Source: Candidatus Berkelbacteria bacterium (GTDB lineage Bacteria > Patescibacteriota > UBA1384 > UBA12157). Taken from it: DNA of 38,495 bases. The notes beneath the pieces are model-generated. The model saw nothing but the letters and a program-made list of their open reading frames with translations, had not been told where the DNA came from and searched no databases. Of this stretch, positions 6,818-17,254 are shown piece after piece (position 1 is the stretch's first letter; every line of letters begins with the position of its first letter). Made by a program: the position numbers and the translations under genes. The DNA lies in NCBI GenBank assembly GCA_037127955.1, contig JBAXXI010000004.1, positions 1 to 38,495 on the forward strand, read 5' to 3'.

Positions 6818-8341
6818 ATGAGTAAACCTATTTCTCTGAAAAAATATTTTGTGGCTCTCAGTAAAGATAGTTTAGTTTATGGTTTGGGCAATGTTGTTTT
6901 AAAGCTTTTGGCGATTGTGACCGCCCCAATCTTAACCCGATTATTTATTCCGGCCCAATATGGTGTTTTGAGCTTAATTGCCTCGATCATCTCGTTTTTA
7001 AGTTTATTCATGATGTTTGGTATGGATACTTCAGTTTTTCTACGGGTTAATGAGTTTAAAAATGAGAAAAAAACCGTTGTTTCAAGCGGTTTTTGGTTTT
7101 TAGTAACCTGGGGTGTATTTTTGTCTGGAATTTGTATTTTATTTAGTCGTCAAATTGCGACTGCCGCTTTTCACAATCCCTCGACTGCGATTTACTTTAC
7201 ACTTGCCTTTTCTACGGCATTTTTTACTCTGTTAATTAATTATGTCAAAACTATTTATAGGTTAGAGTTCAAAGCCAAAACTTTTGCTTTGACTACGGCG
7301 ATCGGGGCAGTCATTATCACGAGTTTAAGTATTGGTTTGATTCATGTTTGGGGACTTTTCGGTTACTTTTTCGGCACATTAATTGGGACTATTATTACCT
7401 TTCTTATTACTATTTATTTGATTCGGGAAAATTTTCAGTTCAGTTGGAAATGGGCTCATGCCAAAGATATGGCTATTGTTGGGATGATGTTGGTGCCAGC
7501 TTCACTGAGTTATTTTGTTTTCGATCTTTCTGATCGGTTTTTTATTAATCATTATTGGAATTTAAACCTGTTGGGTCTTTATGCTATGGCGATCAATGTA
7601 ACTAGTGTTTTACCGTTTTTTTCCATGGCCCTGTCGCGAGCTTGGTTGCCAATGATTTTTAATCTTCATAGCGAGGAAAAGGAAGTTTTTGACGAATTTG
7701 TTCCGCGTATTTTCGTTTATTATTTAGCCTTCTTTATGATTCTGGCAGTTGGTATTTCTTTCTTTGGTCTAGAAATCTTAAAAGTTTTAACTGTTAGTAA
7801 ATATTACGCGGCGGCCAGTGCGATTGGGCCGCTTAGTTTAGCTATGGTTTTTTCTGCGACCGTTCAAATCACTTCGGTTGGGATTTATTTAACTAAAAAA
7901 ACCAAAAAAATTGCCATTTGTTCAGGTTTGGCGGCGATTATTAATACGGTTTGTAATTTCTTATTAATTCCTAAATTTGGCATTATCGGTGCTAGTTGGG
8001 CCACGGCTTTGTCTTATTTCTTTTTAACAGGAGCATATTTGTGGTATAGCCAACGATTGGTTTATATTAAGATTAATTGGACTAAAGTTTCAAAAATTAT
8101 TATTATGGGTTTATTAGTGGTAATTTTAATGCCATTAACTTGGAAGTATAGTTTTGGCCTAAATTTTATAATAAAAATTGTCGAAATGTTAGTTTTCCTT
8201 GGTTTACTGCCATTGATTGGTGTTATCGAACCAAGTGAAATTAATACAATTAAAAAACTTTTTACTGGTCAATTTAATAAAAAACATCCTTCAGACGAAG
8301 AGGAAGATGTGGAAGCAGAAAATTCGCCAGTATTAGATTAA
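6818..8341 (+). CDS. wzx: Wzx-type polysaccharide flippase (MOP superfamily)
   Basis: About 507 aa with 12 or more hydrophobic segments. The N-terminus LSKDSLVYGLGNVVLKLLAIVTAPILTRLF is typical of polysaccharide biosynthesis (Wzx/RfbX) proteins. The ORF is open from GTG 6812; ATG 6818 follows GGAG. Confidence 0.75.
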   Translation: MSKPISLKKYFVALSKDSLVYGLGNVVLKLLAIVTAPILTRLFIPAQYGVLSLIASIISFLSLFMMFGMDTSVFLRVNEFKNEKKTVVSSGFWFLVTWGVFLSGICILFSRQIATAAFHNPSTAIYFTLAFSTAFFTLLINYVKTIYRLEFKAKTFALTTAIGAVIITSLSIGLIHVWGLFGYFFGTLIGTIITFLITIYLIRENFQFSWKWAHAKDMAIVGMMLVPASLSYFVFDLSDRFFINHYWNLNLLGLYAMAINVTSVLPFFSMALSRAWLPMIFNLHSEEKEVFDEFVPRIFVYYLAFFMILAVGISFFGLEILKVLTVSKYYAAASAIGPLSLAMVFSATVQITSVGIYLTKKTKKIAICSGLAAIINTVCNFLLIPKFGIIGASWATALSYFFLTGAYLWYSQRLVYIKINWTKVSKIIIMGLLVVILMPLTWKYSFGLNFIIKIVEMLVFLGLLPLIGVIEPSEINTIKKLFTGQFNKKHPSDEEEDVEAENSPVLD

Positions 8342-8379
8342 TAGAGTCAAGTTTAAATAATATTTACAAAGGAGTCTTT

Positions 8380-9372
8380 ATGACAATCGATCAAGCGTAT
8401 GACAAATTTAAAGTTAAGTACAAAAAGGCTATGGTAACTGGTGGAGCTGGTTTTATTGGTTCGCATATTTGCGAAGCCTTAGTTACTAGGGGTTTTGATG
8501 TTATTTCTGTTGATGATTATTCGGCTGGGAAAGATATGAATCTTGAGCATTTGAAAAAATATCCAAATTTCAAAGCGGTTAAGTGCGATATTACTGATAA
8601 GGCTAAATTGGCCGAACATTTTGAAGGTGTTGATGTAGTTTTTCATGAAGCGGCCAGTAAAAAGAATATTTGCTTGAAAGATCCACGTCGAGATTTATTG
8701 GTTAATGGTGGTGGAGCTTTCAATCTTTTAGAGCTTGCCGTTGAAAATAAAGTCAAAAAATTTGTTCACGCTTCAACCGGTTCGGTTTATGGGGAAGCAG
8801 TTGAATTGCCTCAAACTGAAAAACACCCTTTAATGCCAGTTTCTTATTATGGTGTCAGTAAATTAGCTGGCGAAAGATATGCTTATACTTTTCATCATTT
8901 ATATGGTTTGAATGCGACAATTTTACGTTATTTCCATGTTTATGGTCCACGTCAAGAATTTAATGAGTTTGGTGGTGTGGTTTCGATTTTTGTCCGCAAT
9001 GTTTTAAATAATGAAAATCCAACCATTTTTGGTACAGGTGAACAAGAGCGTTCATTTACGCATGTTAATGATGTGGTTTTGGCTAATCTTGTTGTGGCTG
9101 GTAGTGATGAAACTGATGGCGAAGTTTACAACTGTGCTTCAGGTTTAAATGTGACCATTAATGAATTGTGTGATGGTGTCTTAAAATATTTCAATCGAGA
9201 AGATCTTAAACCGGTTTACAAAGATTGGTTGGTGGGCGATATTAAGAAGTTTCAAATTGACAACTCTAAAATTAGAGCTTTGGGCGTAGATTTTACGACC
9301 GATTTTAATAAGGGTTTAAATCAAAGTATTGATGAATTAAAGGTCTATATTGCAGATGCCACCAAAGAATAA
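8380..9372 (+). CDS. NAD-dependent sugar epimerase/dehydratase (extended SDR)
   Basis: GGAGFIGSH glycine motif, catalytic YGVSK, LRYFHVYGPRQ. Confidence 0.8.
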   Translation: MTIDQAYDKFKVKYKKAMVTGGAGFIGSHICEALVTRGFDVISVDDYSAGKDMNLEHLKKYPNFKAVKCDITDKAKLAEHFEGVDVVFHEAASKKNICLKDPRRDLLVNGGGAFNLLELAVENKVKKFVHASTGSVYGEAVELPQTEKHPLMPVSYYGVSKLAGERYAYTFHHLYGLNATILRYFHVYGPRQEFNEFGGVVSIFVRNVLNNENPTIFGTGEQERSFTHVNDVVLANLVVAGSDETDGEVYNCASGLNVTINELCDGVLKYFNREDLKPVYKDWLVGDIKKFQIDNSKIRALGVDFTTDFNKGLNQSIDELKVYIADATKE

Positions 9373-10450
9373 GAAAAATTTAGAAGAGGTAGGGGTTTTC
9401 GTTGGTTTTAATGGTGCTGGCGCCGCCGGAATTTATAGTTATACCCGGATTTTAAAGTCTCGGAATATAAAACTGGATTTTTACGGAATTGGTCAAACTT
9501 ATTTTAATCAACCAGTTGACATTTTATTAAAGTTTCCGAAAAATCCTGTTAAATCGTTATGGTCAAGGTTGAAATTGTTTTTCGAACTTTTGCCCAAATA
9601 TAAGATTTGGCATTTCAATTATTCACAAACCTTGTTTTTTTATCCTTTGAATCTGTTACTTTTAAAATTATTTGGTAAAAAAATAGTGGTGACTTTTCGA
9701 GGATCTGATTGCGAAACCGAACTAGATTTTACCAAAACCAACCCTATTATTTTGGCTCATCGTGATCAATGGCCATCATATTTTAAAAATTTTCATCATT
9801 TGACCTGGCAAGCTAAAATCGCTAAAAAAATCAGAACAGCTTTTTTAAGTGATTGGTCTGATACAGCAGTAATTAATGGGCCATATTTAGCCAGTTCTGT
9901 GCCAAATTACGACCTAATTATTCCTTACGCTCGAGATTTGGGTAAAATTAATCAGTTTAAGATTCAAAATAAAAAAATTAATAAAAAGTTAGTTATTTTG
10001 CATGTTCCGAGTGATCCAGAGGTCAAGGGAACTGTTTATATTGAAAAAGCTTTTAAGGAATTGGCTGATAAATATCCGGATTGTGAATTTAAAATTTTAG
10101 ACTTTATGCCATATGATCAATTGCTTGGAGAAATGGCCAAAGCTGATATTGTGGTTGATCAATTACTGGTTGGCTGGTATGGTGGCCAAGCGGTTGAGGC
10201 AATGGCTCTTGGTAGCGCAGTTATTTCTTTTGTAGAGCCGTCATATTTGGAAAATATTCCATTTGGTAAAACATTGCCAATCGCTAATACTAACGTTTTT
10301 ACTTTTAAGGAAGACCTTGAGGTTTTAATTAATTCTCCAGAGAAAATTCAAAAATTAATGAATGAAGGTCCGGCCTTTGCTGCAAAATATCATGATTCGA
10401 CAAGGATTGCCGATGCTTATCAAAAGGTATACGAAGAGGTTTTAAAGTGA
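9356..10450 (+). CDS. Putative GT-B glycosyltransferase (GT4-like C-terminal domain)
   Basis: The C-terminal GGQAVEAMALGSAVISFVEP resembles the GT4 E-x7-E region. The ORF is open from TTG 9350. It overlaps the previous gene's end, and its stop overlaps the next GTG. Confidence 0.5.
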   Translation: MPPKNKKNLEEVGVFVGFNGAGAAGIYSYTRILKSRNIKLDFYGIGQTYFNQPVDILLKFPKNPVKSLWSRLKLFFELLPKYKIWHFNYSQTLFFYPLNLLLLKLFGKKIVVTFRGSDCETELDFTKTNPIILAHRDQWPSYFKNFHHLTWQAKIAKKIRTAFLSDWSDTAVINGPYLASSVPNYDLIIPYARDLGKINQFKIQNKKINKKLVILHVPSDPEVKGTVYIEKAFKELADKYPDCEFKILDFMPYDQLLGEMAKADIVVDQLLVGWYGGQAVEAMALGSAVISFVEPSYLENIPFGKTLPIANTNVFTFKEDLEVLINSPEKIQKLMNEGPAFAAKYHDSTRIADAYQKVYEEVLK

Positions 10451-12717
10451 AGAAAGTTTTATTTATTTCATATGCTTTTCCGCCAATGGCTGGTGGGGGG
10501 ATTTTTCGTATTGTGAAATTTATAAAATATCTACCAGATTTAGGTATCTTACCTTATGTCTTGACAGTTGATAGTCATTTCCATCCATTTTCGGATGATA
10601 CCTTGATTCAAGAGATTCCGAAACAGGTTCAAATAACCAGGGTTAGTTACAATGAACCAGCTCTATGGATTAAGAATCGATATTGGCAGTCTTTTTTAAA
10701 TATGGTTTGGTACCCTTGGTTTTCGATTTCTGATAAAAGAATCACTTGGAAAGAAACAGCAATCGAAAAAGCCATTGAAATTATTAAAAAAGAACAAATC
10801 GATACCATATTTACTTCTTTTGCTTCAGCGACCGACCACTTGATTGCCTATGAGGTTAAAAAACGAACAGGAGTTAGATGGGTAGCAGATTTTCGTGATG
10901 AATGGGCTAGCTCTAATTATTATTACTTCCCGACGCCTCTACATGCGGCTAGGGTTAAGAAATTAGAGAAAATGGTGGCAATGGCCGCTGATAAAATTAC
11001 CACTGTTTCACCGCCTCTGACAAGCTATTTCGCCAAATTAACCAGCCAGCCTGATAAATGCTTAACTATCACTAACGGTTTTGATGCTGAAGATTTTGAA
11101 AATAAGGTTGAAATACCTAAGAGGGATTATTGCCAGATTCTTTATGCTGGTTCTCTTTACGGAGAAAGATCGGTTGGTGTATTTAACCAGGCTATCAGAG
11201 AACTTGATTTACCTGACCTTAAGGTGGATTTTTTTGGTGGTAAAAATTTAATTAGTCATCAGGAAGCGATTGCTAAACAAAGACAAGCTGATATTTTGCT
11301 TTTAGTTTTAAGTCCAAATGATCGTCCGGCCGTTTTTACTGGTAAGATTTTCGAATATTTAGCGGCTCGCCGGCCAATTTTGGCTTTAGCCCCAGAGACT
11401 ACGGCTGCCGCAAAACTGGTTAGGCAGTTAAAAGTTGGCGAAGTAGTGAATCCTTTGGATAAGGAAGGTATCAAGGTTTTGGTTTTAAAGTTTTATAAAG
11501 CTTGGCAAAATAAGAATTTATCAATTGCGCCAATCGATTTAAAACCATTTGAAAGACGTAGTTTAACCAAGCAATTAGCTGATATTTTTACTTCTTTTAA
11601 TCCTGTTTTACCTAAAATTTTATTTATCGATAATACAGCAAGTGTTCAAGGGGTGCAGTTGGTCAAATATCTACTATCAAACGGATATGAGGTACATTTT
11701 GTCTCATTAAATCAAGATAAGATAAAAGGGGCAATTAATTATCAAATCAAACAGAAAAAATTGGTCAATTGCTGTAAACCTTGGTATTTGTTGATGGGTT
11801 TTATTAATAAATATCAGGCATTAAACGATTTAAAAAGAATTATTAAAAAAATTAAGCCTGATGTCATTCACGGTCATGGTGTGAATTTCGGGGGAATTTT
11901 AGCGGTATTTTCTGGTTTTAAACCGACGGTGGTGACTACGCGAGGTTCAGATATTTTGTTAATTAAAAAACAACCTTGGTTTGAGCAACTTTTGATCAAG
12001 AAGACGATTCAGAAAACCCAGATTGTAACTGGAAATTCATTGGTTTTAAAAAATCAGGCTTTGAGCCTTGGTGTCAATTCTAGTCATTGGCGCGAGGTTT
12101 ATATCGGGGTTGATATAGATATTTTTAAAAAAATTGGCGTCACTGAGTTAAAAGAGAAATATTCTTCTGCGAAAGAAAAAATTATTTTCTGCCCAAGATC
12201 AATTAAACCAATCTATAATACAGATATTTTGATTAAAGCTTTAGCTAAACTTCAAACAGAAAATTGGAAATTAATTTTATTGGGTCAAAACAAAGATGAT
12301 CACTATTTTTCAACTATTCAAGATTTGATTAAGTCTTTTGGTCTAGAAGAACAGGTTATATTTTTGTCAAAAGTGACACCAGAAGAAATGGCTAAATTAT
12401 ATAATTTAGCTGATGTTGTGGTTTCCTTGGCTCAATCTGATGGAGCCGCTTCTTCCTTTCTTGAAGCCATGGCTTGTGAGTCCAAAATAGTTATTTCTAA
12501 TGTGGATTTTGTTAAGGAGTGGCAAGATGGAAAATTTTGGGTCGTACCAATTGGTGATGTTTCGGTGACAACCACGGCTCTTGATCAGGTTTTGTCAGTC
12601 AGTAAAACGGAATTTGCTTTAGATGGAGAAAAAAATCGGCAAATAATTATTGAACGGGCCGAAATGAACGCGTGTTTTAAAAAATTTGAAGATATTTATA
12701 AGGAATTAACCCAATGA
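10447..12717 (+). CDS. Two-domain glycosyltransferase (GT4-like + GT4-like fusion, 756 aa)
   Basis: N-terminal domain: KVLFISYAFPPMAGGGIFR ... GKIFEYLAARRPILAL. Second domain from about aa 385: ILFIDN..., RGSDIL..., SFLEAMACESKIVIS. GTGA overlap with the previous gene. Confidence 0.7.
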   Translation: MKKVLFISYAFPPMAGGGIFRIVKFIKYLPDLGILPYVLTVDSHFHPFSDDTLIQEIPKQVQITRVSYNEPALWIKNRYWQSFLNMVWYPWFSISDKRITWKETAIEKAIEIIKKEQIDTIFTSFASATDHLIAYEVKKRTGVRWVADFRDEWASSNYYYFPTPLHAARVKKLEKMVAMAADKITTVSPPLTSYFAKLTSQPDKCLTITNGFDAEDFENKVEIPKRDYCQILYAGSLYGERSVGVFNQAIRELDLPDLKVDFFGGKNLISHQEAIAKQRQADILLLVLSPNDRPAVFTGKIFEYLAARRPILALAPETTAAAKLVRQLKVGEVVNPLDKEGIKVLVLKFYKAWQNKNLSIAPIDLKPFERRSLTKQLADIFTSFNPVLPKILFIDNTASVQGVQLVKYLLSNGYEVHFVSLNQDKIKGAINYQIKQKKLVNCCKPWYLLMGFINKYQALNDLKRIIKKIKPDVIHGHGVNFGGILAVFSGFKPTVVTTRGSDILLIKKQPWFEQLLIKKTIQKTQIVTGNSLVLKNQALSLGVNSSHWREVYIGVDIDIFKKIGVTELKEKYSSAKEKIIFCPRSIKPIYNTDILIKALAKLQTENWKLILLGQNKDDHYFSTIQDLIKSFGLEEQVIFLSKVTPEEMAKLYNLADVVVSLAQSDGAASSFLEAMACESKIVISNVDFVKEWQDGKFWVVPIGDVSVTTTALDQVLSVSKTEFALDGEKNRQIIIERAEMNACFKKFEDIYKELTQ

Positions 12718-13826
12718 AAACGAAAATTTGTATGGTTACAACCAGTCGGCTAGATGTTGACAGCCGAATTCAAAATGAAGCCGAGGCGTTAAGTCGAGAT
12801 TTTGATGTGACTGTTTTGTGTCGTAAATATGATCAACCAGAAACCTTGAAGGATACTCCTTATAAAATTAAAAGAATTGGTTATGTCAAAATGTGGCCAT
12901 TTTTGTGTAATATTCTCTCAAGTTTTTACGCTTTAAACCGGGCTGCAAATCAGGAAAATCCAGATTTTTTTCATGCTCATGATTTAGATGGTTTACTCAT
13001 TACAGCTCAAGTCGCAAAAGATAAAAAGAAACCTTTAATTTATGATTCTCACGAGCTTTGGTCGGAAAACTTAGCTAATAAGCAATTACAAAGTGTTAAA
13101 TGGATTATTCCAGCTTTAGAAAAATCTTTAATTCGGTACAGTCAGTTTGGTATTACGGCTAGTGCTAGTTATGCTGAACAGTTGAAGAAAAAATATCATC
13201 GAGATTTTTGTGTCATTCGTAATATGCCAAAATTGGATAGCCTTGAACAAAGTAATTTGGATTTTCATAAAATGTTTCCAGGAGAAACAGTTTTGTTGCA
13301 CGTCGGCCAAACTGGAGCGGCCCGTGGCGCTGATAAATTGATCGAGATGATGACGTATTTGCCAGTGAATTTTACCTTGGTTTTTCTTGGCGGCAAACAG
13401 CTACCAGCTTTTGATGAACAAATCGAAAAATTAAACCTGAAAGATCGAGTTTGCTTTATCGATGCGATTAAGCCAATCGAACTTGTGAGTGCGATTAAAA
13501 CCGCTGATATTGGCTTGGTGGTAACCGAGAGTTTATCTTTAAGTAAATATTATTCTTTACCGAATAAATTAATGCAATACATTGCCGGAGAGATACCAGT
13601 TTTGGTCAGCGATATACCTGAACATCGTCGAATTATTGACCAAGAAAAAATCGGTGAAATTGCTAAAAATGATCCTAAAGATATGGCTAAATTGATTGAA
13701 AAAATGGTCAAACCGGAAAATTTTTCAATTTATAAAGCTAATTTAAAGGGTTTGGCTGAGAAAAGTTATAATTGGGAGACAGAAGGTCAGAAATTGATTG
13801 AATTTTATCAAAATCTTAAATTTTAA
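12714..13826 (+). CDS. GT4-family glycosyltransferase
   Basis: ICMVTTSRLDVDSRIQNEA, HAHDLDG, YDSHELW and a C-terminal PNKLMQYIAGEIPVLVSDIPE. ATGA overlap with the upstream gene. Confidence 0.7.
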   Translation: MKTKICMVTTSRLDVDSRIQNEAEALSRDFDVTVLCRKYDQPETLKDTPYKIKRIGYVKMWPFLCNILSSFYALNRAANQENPDFFHAHDLDGLLITAQVAKDKKKPLIYDSHELWSENLANKQLQSVKWIIPALEKSLIRYSQFGITASASYAEQLKKKYHRDFCVIRNMPKLDSLEQSNLDFHKMFPGETVLLHVGQTGAARGADKLIEMMTYLPVNFTLVFLGGKQLPAFDEQIEKLNLKDRVCFIDAIKPIELVSAIKTADIGLVVTESLSLSKYYSLPNKLMQYIAGEIPVLVSDIPEHRRIIDQEKIGEIAKNDPKDMAKLIEKMVKPENFSIYKANLKGLAEKSYNWETEGQKLIEFYQNLKF

Positions 13827-13917
13827 AGTGAATTAGCAACAATCTTGATTATTTTAAAATTATATGATTATTTGATAAGCTGAAAAAAGATCAATCTTGT
13901 TTAAAAAAGGGAATAAA

Positions 13918-14853
13918 ATGGCGAAATTCATTGTCACCGGTGGCGCCGGATTTATTGGTTCAAACATTGTCGATGAGTTAATAAAACTAGGTCACAAGGT
14001 AAAAGTGATCGATAATTTGTCGACCGGTTTTGAGAAAAATTTAGAACAGGTCAAGGATCAAATTGAATTTGCTCAAGGAGATATTCAAGATTTATTGTTT
14101 TTGGAGAATGAATTCGCCGGATTTGATTATTGCCTTCATTTGGCGGCTTTTGTTTCCGTGCCTGGATCAATGGCGCAACCAGAAATTGCCAGAAATATTA
14201 ATATTAACGGTACTAAAAATGTGTTAGAAGCGGCTTTAAAAAACAAATTTAAACATATTGTTTTTTCTTCGAGCTCGGCTGTTTATGGTGAAAGTCAAAC
14301 TGGTATTAATCGAGAAGACGATATTTTATCACCTAGCTCTGTTTATGGTGAAACTAAATTAATCGGCGAAAAATTGTGTCAGGAATTTGCAGAAAAAGGT
14401 TTGCGGGCGACGTCATTACGTTATTTTAACGTCTTTGGGCCTCGTCAGAATCCTTCGAGCGATTATTCAGCTGTGATTCCTAAGTTCATTTCTACAATGT
14501 TAAAAAATGAATCTCCAACAATTTTTGGAGATGGTGAGCAAAGCCGAGATTTTATTTATATTCAAAACGTAGTCGAAGCCAATATTCTAGCCGCTTTAAA
14601 CGCTCCTGGTCAAGGAGAAGCCATCAATGTCGCTTGTGGCGCCAGTACAACCTTGAATGAGTTAGCGGCCTTGATTAATGAGGAACTTGGCACTAAGATT
14701 GAATCAAAATATGAAGCTGCCAGAGTGGGAGATATCAAGTTTTCTCAGGCCGATATCACCAAATTACAAAACACGATTGGTTATACACCAAAAATAAATT
14801 TTAAAGCAGGATTAAAGGAGACAATCAAATGGTACAAGAATCAGATAATTTAA
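13918..14853 (+). CDS. UDP-HexNAc 4-epimerase, WbpP/TviC-like extended SDR
   Basis: KFIVTGGAGFIGSN, DNLSTGFEKNL, SSSAVYGE, YGETK, LRYFNVFGPRQNPSSDYSAVIPKF, GDGEQSRDFIYIQNVVEAN. The ORF is open from TTG 13897; ATG 13918 is preferred. Confidence 0.8.
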   Translation: MAKFIVTGGAGFIGSNIVDELIKLGHKVKVIDNLSTGFEKNLEQVKDQIEFAQGDIQDLLFLENEFAGFDYCLHLAAFVSVPGSMAQPEIARNININGTKNVLEAALKNKFKHIVFSSSSAVYGESQTGINREDDILSPSSVYGETKLIGEKLCQEFAEKGLRATSLRYFNVFGPRQNPSSDYSAVIPKFISTMLKNESPTIFGDGEQSRDFIYIQNVVEANILAALNAPGQGEAINVACGASTTLNELAALINEELGTKIESKYEAARVGDIKFSQADITKLQNTIGYTPKINFKAGLKETIKWYKNQII

Positions 14854-16118
14854 TAATTTCGGTTGTTGGTTTGGGTTATGTGGGTTTACCGTTAGCTTTA
14901 GAATTTGCTAAAAACGGTGTTAAAGTTATTGGTTTTGATGTTAAAGCTAAAAGAATCGAAGAACTTAAGCGTAATTTTGATGAAAGCGAAGAAATTGCTT
15001 CGGAAGACTTAGTTCAAGGGCCAATTGAATATACGACTGATCCAGCTAGTATTAATCGAGCCAATTTTGTAATTGTGGCTATTCCAACCCCAGTTGATGA
15101 AGCAAATGAACCAGATTTAACTTTATTAGAGAAGGCTAGTGCTACTATTGGCCAAAATTTAACTAAAGAGGCGGTAGTGGTTTTTGAATCAACGGTTTAT
15201 CCGGGGGTAACCGAAGATATTTGCGTACCAATCATTGAAAAAGAAAGCGGTCTAAAGTGTGGCGAGGATTGGTTTATCGGTTATTCGCCAGAACGGGTTA
15301 ATCCAGGTGATAAAGAGCATGCCATTGGTAAGATTGTAAAAATTGTTTCCGGGATGGATGAAAAAACCTTAGAAAGAGTTGCCCAGGTTTACGGTTTAGC
15401 CTGTAAAGGTGGCGTTCATAAGGCGCCATCGATCAAGGTGGCTGAAGCGGCGAAGATTTTCGAAAATATTCAACGAGATGTTAATATCGCTTTGGTCAAT
15501 GAATTATCCTTAATTTGTAATCGATTAAATATTGCGACCAAAGATGTGTTAGCGGCAACTGCTACCAAATGGAATGCATTAAAGTTCCGTCCAGGTTTGG
15601 TTGGTGGCCATTGTATCGGTGTAGATCCTTTTTATTTGGTAGCAAAAGCTGAATCATTGGGCTATCATCCTCAGGTGATTACAGCCGGGCGAAGAATTAA
15701 TGACTACATGCCTGAATTTGTGGCAGAAGAGGTGGTTAAAGGTTTAGTTGAGGCTGGTAAACCTATTTCTGGGACTAAAGTTCTAGTGATGGGTCTAACT
15801 TTCAAGGAAAATATCCGTGATATGCGTAATTCAAAAATTACAGTTACGATTAAAAAACTCCAGGAATTAGGTATTGAAATCGTGGCTTATGATCCAAATT
15901 TGACTCAGAAAGAGATTAAAACAGAATTTGGTCTAGATTCAATTTCTGAATTTGAAGGTAAATTCGGAGCAATTATCGTTGGTGTGCCTCATGATCAATT
16001 CAAAGATCTGGGCGGAAAAATTTTGAACGTGATTAATGGCAAACCAGTTATTTTCGATATAAATAGTCTTTATGTTGAATTAGCTCAAAATAAAGATGTT
16101 GTTTATAAGAGTTTATAG
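14829..16118 (+). CDS. UDP-HexNAc 6-dehydrogenase, TviB/WbpO/WbpA-like
   Basis: ISVVGLGYVGLPLALEFA, catalytic GGHCIGVDP, 429 aa. Overlaps the end of the epimerase gene by 25 nt. Confidence 0.8.
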   Translation: MVQESDNLIISVVGLGYVGLPLALEFAKNGVKVIGFDVKAKRIEELKRNFDESEEIASEDLVQGPIEYTTDPASINRANFVIVAIPTPVDEANEPDLTLLEKASATIGQNLTKEAVVVFESTVYPGVTEDICVPIIEKESGLKCGEDWFIGYSPERVNPGDKEHAIGKIVKIVSGMDEKTLERVAQVYGLACKGGVHKAPSIKVAEAAKIFENIQRDVNIALVNELSLICNRLNIATKDVLAATATKWNALKFRPGLVGGHCIGVDPFYLVAKAESLGYHPQVITAGRRINDYMPEFVAEEVVKGLVEAGKPISGTKVLVMGLTFKENIRDMRNSKITVTIKKLQELGIEIVAYDPNLTQKEIKTEFGLDSISEFEGKFGAIIVGVPHDQFKDLGGKILNVINGKPVIFDINSLYVELAQNKDVVYKSL

Positions 16119-16143
16119 GGTTATATTATTAGGATAAATTTTG

Positions 16144-16186
16144 AAAATGTCTGTCTGATTAAGAATTACAGACAGACATTTTTTAT
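16144..16186 (+). terminator. Rho-independent terminator
   Basis: 14-bp perfect stem AAAATGTCTGTCTG (16144-16157) / CAGACAGACATTTT (16169-16182), then a T run. Confidence 0.85.
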
Positions 16187-16203
16187 AGATTGATGAGAAA
16201 AAA

Positions 16204-17247
16204 ATGGCAGATAAAGTTGAAGTAAATCCAAAAATTTCCTCAGAAAAATGGATCAAATTTGTAGAAAATCATCCTGATGGCACAATTTATCATTTACCAA
16301 GTTGGCAAAAAGTTTTAATTCAAGCACTAGGTTACGAACCATATTATTTGTTCTGTTTTGGTCCAGATCGCGAGATTAAAGGATTATTGCCCTTGGTGAC
16401 GATTAAAAGTTTAGTGACCGGCAATCGATTGTTAGCTTTGCCTTTTTCTTATATCTGTAGTCCATTGGCGATCAATACTCAGGTTGAGCAAGCTTTAATT
16501 TCTAAAGCCAAGGAACTACAAAAACAAACAAAATCAAGTTATTTAGAAATCAGGATTATCGAGCCAAAAAAATATGATATGACTGAAAGTCATTATTTCT
16601 CAACTTGTCAGATAGATTTATCTTTAACTGTGGAAGAAATTTGGAAAAAATTAGATAAAGGAAGTGTACGCTGGGCTATCAATAAGGCTAAAAAAGATGG
16701 TGTCGAAGTAGTGAAAGTGAATAGCTTCGAAGATTTTAGGTCTTATCATGATTTAAACCAGGTGACCAAGAGAAATTTGGGTGTGCCAGCCCACCCGATG
16801 AAGTTTTTCGAAAATATTTATCAGGAAATGCCACAAAATGTTGATATTTATTTTGCTAAATATAAAGGAAAAATCATTGCTGGTATTTTTAACCTAGTAT
16901 TTAAGGATACGATTATTAACGCTTATGGAGCTTCGAATAAAAAATTCTTAAAATATCATCCAAATAATTTATTAGCTTGGCAGGCAATCGAGGATGGTTG
17001 TAAAAATGGTTATAAATATTTTGATTTTGGCCGAGTGGGCCAAGATAATAATGAATTATTGAATTTTAAAAAACGTTGGGGTGGTCAAGAAAAGCAGCTT
17101 TATTATTATTTTTACCCTGAAAAACCCCAATCAATCTCCATCAATCGGGGTAGTCTAAAATATAAAATTGCCAATAAACTTTGGCAAAAATTACCCATAT
17201 TCATCAGTCGACCACTGAGTAATATATTATTTAAGCATTTTGATTAA
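16204..17247 (+). CDS. FemAB-like / GNAT (Acetyltransf_6-type) acyl- or aminoacyl-transferase
   Basis: YHLPSWQKVL near the N-terminus. C-terminal NNLLAWQAIEDGCKNGYKYFDFGRV...FKKRWGG is typical of the FemAB-family fold. Confidence 0.65.
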   Translation: MADKVEVNPKISSEKWIKFVENHPDGTIYHLPSWQKVLIQALGYEPYYLFCFGPDREIKGLLPLVTIKSLVTGNRLLALPFSYICSPLAINTQVEQALISKAKELQKQTKSSYLEIRIIEPKKYDMTESHYFSTCQIDLSLTVEEIWKKLDKGSVRWAINKAKKDGVEVVKVNSFEDFRSYHDLNQVTKRNLGVPAHPMKFFENIYQEMPQNVDIYFAKYKGKIIAGIFNLVFKDTIINAYGASNKKFLKYHPNNLLAWQAIEDGCKNGYKYFDFGRVGQDNNELLNFKKRWGGQEKQLYYYFYPEKPQSISINRGSLKYKIANKLWQKLPIFISRPLSNILFKHFD

Positions 17248-17254
17248 GGTTTAT

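Noticed and set aside
10447-12717. Possibility of an alternative genetic code (UGA recoding), as in some small-genome uncultivated bacteria
   Set aside because: TGA acts as a genuine stop exactly at ATGA/GTGA/TTGA stop-start junctions (10448-10450, 12715-12717, 23202-23204, 25805-25807). Protein families end at their expected lengths, so the standard bacterial code fits.
13840-13900. Direct repeat CAATCTTG (13840-13847 and 13892-13899) and TTGATT at 13845-13850 as a promoter or operator before the 4-epimerase gene
   Set aside because: No acceptable -10 lies at 16-18 nt spacing, and the 8-bp repeat is short enough to be chance in AT-rich DNA.
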